From: Hydrurus foetidus
Taxonomy: Eukaryota
DNA length: 34,853 nt
Reading direction: 5' to 3'
Assembly (NCBI GenBank): GCA_900617105.1
Contig: UYFQ01000613.1
Coordinates: forward strand, 1-34,853
Positions within the stretch are counted from its first letter, which is position 1; the number at the start of each line of letters is the position of its first letter. The translations under genes were made by a program, and so were the position numbers. Shown one piece after another: positions 1 through 6,488 of the stretch. The notes under the pieces are model-generated. The model made no database searches, was not told the DNA's origin, and worked only from the letters and a program-made list of their open reading frames with translations.

Positions 1-302
1 TGTTCTTTGCAAAATTTATTAAATAACTTACTCGAAAAAGAAAATATACAAAAATTTACAAAATCGAAAATGTGAAACAAAATAATAGTTAACATAAAAA
101 AATATTTACAAAAGAAAAGGCGCAGAGAAGAGGGGTTCGATGTCGAAAGATAAGGTGGGGTTGTACAAAAACAGTAGAGTACTGTTGTACGAGGGTCGAA
201 AACGTAATTATGTCAGATTTTTACTGACTAAAAACCATAAAAATCCCTTAGAAAAGGGAAAAAAATTAGGCTAAAAAATCTTCAAAGATAATACGTTCGA
301 AC
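1..302 (-). other. U-rich 3' untranslated region of the retrotransposon
   Basis: Follows the pol stop codon. Strongly A-rich on the plus strand. No match to 5726-6468 was found by eye. Confidence 0.55.
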
Positions 303-906
303 TCAAACCTCATTGGTTGATCCCTCAAGATTCTTGGGAATAAAACGTGACATGTTATTATTCCTCAAGTATACATGGAGTGCATCACAGAGCCGGAGAT
401 TCTTCCAAGGCTCCCATGTATTATGTGAGTTATCATAGTTGAGCCATTTAACATGGAACGACATGGATGTCGGTTTCTTTGAATCACCAGTGTGATTAAG
501 AACTTTCTCAACGAAATACTCCATGTAATCGCGACGTGCTGTATCAGCAGGTATGCCCAGCGATGGGTCATAATTGAAAATCTTAAGATTCTTCACATGT
601 ACACTATTGTGCTTGTGTGTAATTAAGTTCGCGAGAACATACTCGGATCCCTCAAGGGAGACAACACGGAAAGGACCTTTCCACTTTGTGTGTAATCGAG
701 TAGGAGGGTGTTCCTGTTTTACAAGAACATATGACCCTATGGGGAACACTGTCACACCTTGTGTGGACTTTTTGTGTTTGTCATCACATTTCTGAAGAGA
801 ACCGATTGCTGCATCGAGGACCTTGTCCTGTATATCGATGAGATCTGTGATGTATGTTGAATTCGAAGATGTCAACGTTGGTAATAGATGAGGTGTCAAA
901 ATACCC
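303..906 (-). CDS. pol: Integrase C-terminus with GPF motif and chromodomain
   Basis: FPIGSYVLV..KWKGPFRV (GPY/F module), VHVKNLKIF, then YFVEKVLNH..FHVKWLNY..NTWEPWKNL. Stop TGA at 305-303. Confidence 0.92.
366..521 (-). other. Chromodomain of the integrase
   Basis: EYFVEKVL..VKWLNY..NTWEP..NL matches the HP1-type chromodomain consensus (Y.VE.I..VKW.GY..NTWEP..NL). Confidence 0.9.
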
Positions 907-1139
907 GATTCAAATCAAGTTTATTGCCGAATAAAATCGAAGCAGGACTTGCATTTGTTCGTCGATTAACTGAACTGTTAATGATACGTTGAACGAATGG
1001 TATGCATTTAGCATAGTGTTCAAGAGATGGTGTATCAAACACGAGACCGCGTAAGTGTCTATTCACTTCTTTGTTGACCCTTTCTACAATGGCATTCTCT
1101 TGTGAGGAATAAGCCAAAGTGAGATTATGGGGTGTCCCC
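896..1139 (-). CDS. pol: Integrase catalytic core C-terminal part (frameshifted fragment)
   Basis: TPHNLTLAYSSQENAIVERVN contains the DDE glutamate (cf. consensus YxPQxNGxVER), followed by INSS..SPASILFG. Confidence 0.88.
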
Positions 1140-2709
1140 GTAGGTCTAAGAACTCTTTAATGAGATCATTAGCGAAGTGGGATCCTCGATCGGATCTAAT
1201 CATATTTGGCGATCCGAATCGACCAAAATGAGTCAGTAAGCATTCACATGCAGACTGAGCAGTAGCATCCTTACACCAGAACATTTCTGTCCATCTGGAG
1301 AAGGTGTCGATTATGACAAGGATATACCCTTTATCAGGGAATGGGCCAATATAATCGATATTTAATGTATCGAAAATAGCATGTGTTGAAGTTGAAAAAT
1401 GAGCAGCGCTGATTTTTGTATCAACTGCGCTCAATTTCTGACAGCATGGGCAGTTTCGTATGAACGAGCGTACGTGCTGTTTCATATTTTTCCACACGTG
1501 GTTAAGACTAAAGAGTCGAGTGAGGGTACGGTCGACGCCGTTGTGACCAACAATTGCATTGTGGCACATTTGAATGTAAACATTCTGTTCATCTGTCGGC
1601 GGTTCAATAACCGTTAAAGCCGAAACTGCAGAAGATGACGATGAAGAAGATGATGATGAAGTATCACCCTCGGACCTGATTGTCTTAGGCAGAGCAATTT
1701 CGGTCAAGTTTGGACATAACCGTGACAGAGCATCGGCAAGTTCATTATCTGTCCCTTTGACAAAGTGTACGGTAAAATCAAGTTCTTGCATTGCAATGAA
1801 CCACCGTGTTACCATTGAGGTAGGGTTTTGTTTCATATAAGTCAAATTCATATGGTCCGTATGAATAGTGAACTTACGGTCTCGAATGAGATAATCGAGT
1901 TGTTGGCAACAGAAAAAGATAGCATAAGCTTCTTTCTGTATTGTCGACCAATTAATTTGTGTTGCCGAGAGAGATTTGCTGATGAAGGCAATTGGTCTCC
2001 ACACGGTGTCGACAATTTGGAAGAGTACACCACCGATGCCATAATCGGATGCATCAGTATATAATCTGATGGGTGAATCATCATTGATGAAGTACATTAA
2101 AGGACAACGCGATACCGCGATTTTAGTCTCATTAAATGCCAAAGTCCCCTCGGGGGTCCAATATATGGGGGAACGTTTAAGTGCCTTTGGGTCCACCATC
2201 ATTTGAAGTGGTTTGACAATGTCCGAATGAAACGGTACAAATTGACGAAAGTAGTTGGCTAAGCCAAGAAATCCACGAAGGGATGTTACTTCTTTAGGAA
2301 GAGGGAAGTTGAGTACTGTCTCAATCTTTTCTTTAGACATGGATAAACCATCTTTGTCTATGACTCGTCCCACGTATTCGATACGTTTGAGACCGAATCT
2401 GCATTTCTTTGCTTTGAGCTTAAGATTTTTAAGTCGAAATCTTTCAAAGACGCTGCGCAGATTCTTGAGAAACTCTGCTTCGCCCCGGCCATATACGATA
2501 CAGTCATCGAGATACATCTCGCAACAGCGGTATATAAGACCGTAAAGGACCGTTGTCACCATCTGCTCTTGAAAGTAAGAGGGGGCTCGACAAGGGCCAA
2601 AAGGCAATCTCGTGAACTGAAACATCCCCATGAAACATATAAATGCGGTATAGATTCGGTGGGGTGTGTACAGAGGTGCTTGGTGGTAACCCGCGGTTAA
2701 ATCCATCAC
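1084..2709 (-). CDS. pol: Reverse transcriptase core, RNase H and integrase N-terminus/core
   Basis: RT: MDLTAGYHQ, LPFG..APSYFQ, YLDD (2503-2514), FLGLANYFR. RNase H: TDASDYGIGGVL, KEAYAI, TDH, NELADALSR. IN: H-x5-H..CPCC zinc finger, IDYIGP, IRSDRGSHF. Confidence 0.95.
   Translation of the reverse strand: MMDLTAGYHQAPLYTPHRIYTAFICFMGMFQFTRLPFGPCRAPSYFQEQMVTTVLYGLIYRCCEMYLDDCIVYGRGEAEFLKNLRSVFERFRLKNLKLKAKKCRFGLKRIEYVGRVIDKDGLSMSKEKIETVLNFPLPKEVTSLRGFLGLANYFRQFVPFHSDIVKPLQMMVDPKALKRSPIYWTPEGTLAFNETKIAVSRCPLMYFINDDSPIRLYTDASDYGIGGVLFQIVDTVWRPIAFISKSLSATQINWSTIQKEAYAIFFCCQQLDYLIRDRKFTIHTDHMNLTYMKQNPTSMVTRWFIAMQELDFTVHFVKGTDNELADALSRLCPNLTEIALPKTIRSEGDTSSSSSSSSSSAVSALTVIEPPTDEQNVYIQMCHNAIVGHNGVDRTLTRLFSLNHVWKNMKQHVRSFIRNCPCCQKLSAVDTKISAAHFSTSTHAIFDTLNIDYIGPFPDKGYILVIIDTFSRWTEMFWCKDATAQSACECLLTHFGRFGSPNMIRSDRGSHFANDLIKEFLDLRGHPIISLWLIPHKRMPL
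1630..1659 (-). repeat. (TCN)10 trinucleotide run encoding a poly-Ser linker between RNase H and integrase
   Basis: Plus strand agaagatgacgatgaagaagatgatgatga; protein DTSSSSSSSSSSAV. Confidence 0.85.
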
Positions 2710-3341
2710 TCCGTAAATATCCGGTTTTTATTACCGATCCTCTCAAAGAGGTGTTTGATATTGGGTAGGGGAAAGGAGGCCGGCTCAATGCATTCATTGA
2801 GTGCACGATAGTCGATGCAGGTTCGATACGTATCGGCTGTCTTATTTACCATTACAGGATGACTGTAGTATGCAGCGTTCGACCTCTCGATCACACCATC
2901 CTCCAGCATCTCTTCAATTGAAGTGCGGAGGTAATGTTCCTTTAGAGGATTGTGGGCGCACTGGTGTGCGGTTCGATGGAACCTCCCATTTTTGCCTAGG
3001 CAAATTGATCTCAAACGGCTTGAGATGTGCAGCTTGCGGGGCTAGCTTATCACTGAAAATATCAGCGAATTCTGAACAGAGAGTACGCAAATCCTTCTGA
3101 AGGCTTTCATCTCCCTCAAAATGGATTTGTGACAAAAATCATCCGGCCCATTGGGCGGTACATTTCGGCACGTCTTGTCACGCAAGAAAGGTGCGAAAGT
3201 GTCAGTCTTGTCATTGTCAATCTCGTCAACGGAGAGTGCGACACCGCTTGGCCATACGGCTTCCACGTCATAGTCTGATGTAACAGAGTCCCCAGAGGTA
3301 TGTGTGAGGGTGGGAATCGAGTCACCACCTAGGTGCGGGTA
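2706..3341 (-). CDS. pol: PR-RT linker and RT N-terminus, split across three frames
   Basis: Stitched frames read YPHLGG..DEIDNDK..PDDF / LSQIHFEG..EFADIFS..RPQSS / KEHYLRTSIEEMLEDGVIERSNAAYYSHPVMVNK..YRTCIDYRALN..FPLPNI, matching typical Gypsy RT N-terminal motifs (GVIE, S-P, DYRxLN, PLPxI). Confidence 0.85.
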
Positions 3342-5725
3342 TCACCCGTACGTTTTGCGAGTCTAGTCGTGACACTAGCCAGTCGCTCACAACCCACATC
3401 ACCACATGGACTTTGGGTCATGACTCCCTCGGAACCAACCTGGGTAACGCTACACGTGAACGTTGCATGACAACCTGACCCCACGACTTCCTTGGTTAAA
3501 GGTGCGTGCAAAATGGCCTTCTTTGGTTTTGGCTTCGGGCAAAGGCCGTATGGTTCTCTTTTCAGAGCGAGTTTCGTCTTAGTGATTCCCTTCAACAAGT
3601 CATATGTTGGGGTAATCGACTCTACCTCTGGTTCTTCGGGTTGGAATCCCTCCGATATCATACGCCTGGTGTATTTGCTCCAGTGAAGTGGGTCAAGCTT
3701 TGTTATCGCTTCCCTTTCTTCAAATTCGCGCCAACGAATATCCCTTTTCCTTTTGTTCTCCGCACTGAGCTCAGGAGAGATACCAAAAGCAAAAGGTGTT
3801 AATGACATAAAATCATATTTATTTACAGTGTTGCGACTTAACAAAAGTTCAATATCTGTATTCCGATTAACTCGCAAGGTTAAAGGGATTTTGTGACATT
3901 CGCCATCATAAGAATGAAATTGGAGAGTCAAATTAATAATTTCGTTATTTATATAGCAATGGCCATCAAGACCAGAGCAAACAGTTATGGCTTTAGGAGC
4001 CTCATAACAGAGATGCATAGCATTTAATTTTTGAATCATAATGAAAGAAATAAAATCCTCAGAATAATTGGCGGTGTCCAACACGGCCTTGCCCACAATG
4101 CGTCGTACGCTAGTCTGGTTATCCGTATCCTTATCCTGTACCGAAACAGTAACGTTTAAGTAATTAGAAGGAAGGGTAGACGGGTCATGCAAATATTCAT
4201 CTTGAATAAGCGTTGGAAGTGTATCGACATGTGAAATGCACGACACAACATCCGGTAGGTTTAAAATGTCAGATGAATCAACATCATAATCATTTATACC
4301 TTGATTCTGTCCCGCTGAATCGGAAGACGAGTTGGGTCCCCCCTGGGGTGGGTTGTATTTACCCCCACGGGGGTTTTTCCCTTGGTAGCCTCTACCAGCA
4401 TTCTGGTTACCATAACCTTGATTTTGGTTACCGCGGTTATTACCTTGGTAACCGGGATTACCCTGGTTGTTTTGGTTACCCTGGTTATTACCTTGGTTGC
4501 CTTGGTTGGGGTTGTTTTGGTTACCCGACCCATGGTTATTCTTTGATTTCTTGTTAGTGAACATCAAGAAGGGAGGGGAACCAGCAGGGTGGTGCCGCTG
4601 ACGGTTTTCGTAACCAGGAAGGATTAACCTTTCCTGCCACATGGATTCACCGTTGGCTAACCATGCCTGCCCCACAGCTGATTCAGACCATTGAATGGAG
4701 TGATCGTTGTTTGTGTCAGTGTAATATAACACAGGGCATGCAGGAAGCATGTGTGCAGGATTGCCACACGAGCGGCAGACTCGAGGAGCCACTGGGGGTA
4801 CATCCAATGAGGTACGAACCGCTAGGGTGCTTTTGCCGCTCGGTGGATCCACATCGCGAATCGCGAGTGTACTCTCCCTCTTCTGTGATGCACGTAGAGG
4901 GGGTACTGCGGTACTCGGAAACGAGTAGATGAGATCAGGATTGCCGTAGCTCCTGCTCATTCGAATAGCCTCGCGCGCCGCGGAGACGACAGAGATGAGG
5001 CGCATCATGGCGGACTCCCATGTAGGGGGTGACTGTGTGTCGACCCTCTTAGACTCAAAATAGTCTGATTGGATACGACTGCCACGAGCAAGTCGTCTCT
5101 CCAAAATCGTTATCAACTCCGTCTGTTGGTTGGGAGTGATACGGCGACGGCGCTCGTAATTGGTTACCAATTCTTTGTACGCCATGTACGTGCTCAACTC
5201 TTCCTCATCGGAATTTAATGAGTAATGAAATGGTACCTTAGCGAAAAGTTCCGCGAGGGTATGATCGGCATGGTCTCGTTGTTTATTCGAGCCAAAATAC
5301 TGCATGATTAGTTTCGCAACATAATCAATGTCAAGTATATTCTGCCATTCGAACCTCTGTTCTATTGTCAGAGACGAAGGAGCGGAGTCTGTCATAATCT
5401 TGACGTGGAGCAAGTCAATCGCTTGACGTTGCATGCATTCATTAATGCGTAAGCGAGGCAGCCGCTGAGCTTGCTCAAAGAAGCTCTCAGCGTCTTGCGG
5501 AGTGATGTAATCGCCTTTTAGGACGAATATCTCTCGCTGCATCTGCATAGTCTGTGGAAACAGGATCGTCTGCGCCACTGAAGACTGTGAAGTTTGGGTG
5601 GCATTTAAAATACCCCCGTCCTCTTCTAGCGCTTCCTCTTCCTCAGTGTCAACCACTGGAGGATGTTCGATGAGGTTACCCTCATCGTCGTAGCGAGGGT
5701 AAGATGCTTCTTCGTCATCTGCCAT
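3329..5725 (-). CDS. gag: Gag + aspartic protease part of the gag-pol polyprotein (798 aa as assembled)
   Basis: ATG at 5725 in an ACCATGG context. CX2CX4HX4C knuckle CRSCGNPAHMLPAC. Protease-like AVLDTANYSEDFIS and IELLLSRN. Lies directly upstream of RT. Confidence 0.85.
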   Translation of the reverse strand: MADDEEASYPRYDDEGNLIEHPPVVDTEEEEALEEDGGILNATQTSQSSVAQTILFPQTMQMQREIFVLKGDYITPQDAESFFEQAQRLPRLRINECMQRQAIDLLHVKIMTDSAPSSLTIEQRFEWQNILDIDYVAKLIMQYFGSNKQRDHADHTLAELFAKVPFHYSLNSDEEELSTYMAYKELVTNYERRRRITPNQQTELITILERRLARGSRIQSDYFESKRVDTQSPPTWESAMMRLISVVSAAREAIRMSRSYGNPDLIYSFPSTAVPPLRASQKRESTLAIRDVDPPSGKSTLAVRTSLDVPPVAPRVCRSCGNPAHMLPACPVLYYTDTNNDHSIQWSESAVGQAWLANGESMWQERLILPGYENRQRHHPAGSPPFLMFTNKKSKNNHGSGNQNNPNQGNQGNNQGNQNNQGNPGYQGNNRGNQNQGYGNQNAGRGYQGKNPRGGKYNPPQGGPNSSSDSAGQNQGINDYDVDSSDILNLPDVVSCISHVDTLPTLIQDEYLHDPSTLPSNYLNVTVSVQDKDTDNQTSVRRIVGKAVLDTANYSEDFISFIMIQKLNAMHLCYEAPKAITVCSGLDGHCYINNEIINLTLQFHSYDGECHKIPLTLRVNRNTDIELLLSRNTVNKYDFMSLTPFAFGISPELSAENKRKRDIRWREFEEREAITKLDPLHWSKYTRRMISEGFQPEEPEVESITPTYDLLKGITKTKLALKREPYGLCPKPKPKKAILHAPLTKEVVGSGCHATFTCSVTQVGSEGVMTQSPCGDVGCERLASVTTRLAKRTGDTRT
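4330..4540 (-). repeat. Degenerate coding repeat giving an N/Q/G-rich low-complexity tract in Gag
   Basis: Recurring ttacc(c/t)tgg / ttttggttacc units encode GNQNNPNQGNQGNNQGNQNNQGNPGYQGNNRGNQNQGYGNQ. Confidence 0.85.
4736..4777 (-). other. Gag CCHC zinc knuckle
   Basis: CRSCGNPAHMLPAC = C-x2-C-x4-H-x4-C. Confidence 0.9.
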
Positions 5726-6468
5726 GGTATATGACTTCGAGACGTTATAATTCCGTCAAAGTCTAAGCAACGAAGGGATCTCGGCGTCAAAAAATTTTGC
5801 CAGAGCTTCGCCTTGTTAGCTTTGAGGGTACTTTACGCAAGTAACAGCGAATAAGTCGATTTCAACCAACTCTTGTTGAGAAAATCTCTTAGGCGTGAAA
5901 GCCAATTTTTGAGTGGTGAAAAATTTTGGTGTCCGTAAAGGATGAAGGAAGTAATTCCCACCAGCCAAAAAAGTCGTTAGACTAATTTGGTGTCGGTAGC
6001 AATGAATCCAATGTTCAAATTGCTACCCGACGAGTTTGAGAATGTCGAGTGGTGAAGGCTTTCGCGAATTCAACCAACTACGAACTTTGGAGACACCAAT
6101 AATGGGTTCCAAGAGGAAAGAGGCTAAGCCCAACTTTCGCTAACTTAAAACTAAGTTCTTGGAGCGTAGCTCAGCAAGAATTCGACTCCGAAGATGTCGT
6201 GAGTAATAATACTCAGGTGGTGGAAGTCGTAACTAAAGTTGGGACGAGTAGAGGGAATTAGAGGCAGCAGAAATTTCCCCGAGGATAATAGCGCTATTGT
6301 GGTCGGGCAACATGGAGCAGTGCACACGGTCGGACTGGAACTAGATTCTAAGTGCACACTGCAGATGGCTACGACGTACTACAGCACAACTGTAGTGACA
6401 GAGTAGTGCCCGGTAGGACTCCCGCAGAGTCGGTACCCGGTAGGAACGGACCCTCGACCCGGACTACA
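5726..6468 (-). promoter_or_regulatory. 5' leader and putative 5' LTR region, rich in inverted repeats
   Basis: Non-coding stretch upstream of gag. Hairpins at 5995-6027, 6156-6181, 6200-6215 and 6378-6396; palindrome at 6287-6298. Candidate LTR ends TGTAGT(6391) or TGTCGT(6195) ... ACTACA(6468). Confidence 0.5.
6315..6468 (+). repeat. Highly diverged homolog of one satellite monomer overlapping the putative 5' LTR end
   Basis: Collinear blocks GAGCAGTGC-ACAC, CTAAGTGCACACTG-CAG, ACTACAGCACAACTG, ACTC--CCGCAGAGTC, GG-ACTACA versus monomer GAGCAGTGCCACAC, CTAGGAGCAGACTGTCAG, ACTGCAGCACAGCTG, ACTCGACCGCCGACTC, GGAACTACA. Confidence 0.7.
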
Positions 6469-6488
6469 CAAAAGTCAAAAATTCATTT

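Larger units (their letters stand above)
1..6468 (-). mobile_element. Ty3/Gypsy LTR retrotransposon with chromodomain integrase (chromovirus-type); 3' LTR not in window, 5' boundary inferred
   Basis: Domain order Gag-PR-RT-RH-IN-chromodomain on the minus strand (IN after RH indicates Ty3/Gypsy). Putative 5' terminus TGTAGT at 6468-6463 on the element strand. Boundaries are uncertain because no second LTR is available for comparison. Confidence 0.93.

Noticed and set aside
190..197. CGAGGGTC inverted match to 6449-6456 as a terminal repeat
   Set aside because: Only 8 bp with no extension; consistent with chance.
365..4932. Antisense and alternative-frame ORFs overlapping gag-pol (e.g. 574-795, 2255-2545, 4213-4557, 4663-4932) and 6151-6357
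   Set aside because: Short shadow ORFs with no recognisable motifs.
6085..6104. PBS candidate TGGTGTC (minus strand) resembling a tRNA-Leu PBS
   Set aside because: Only ~7 nt of resemblance, not adjacent to a convincing LTR terminus, and the motif is also explained as an inverted copy of TTGGTGTC at 5926/5987.
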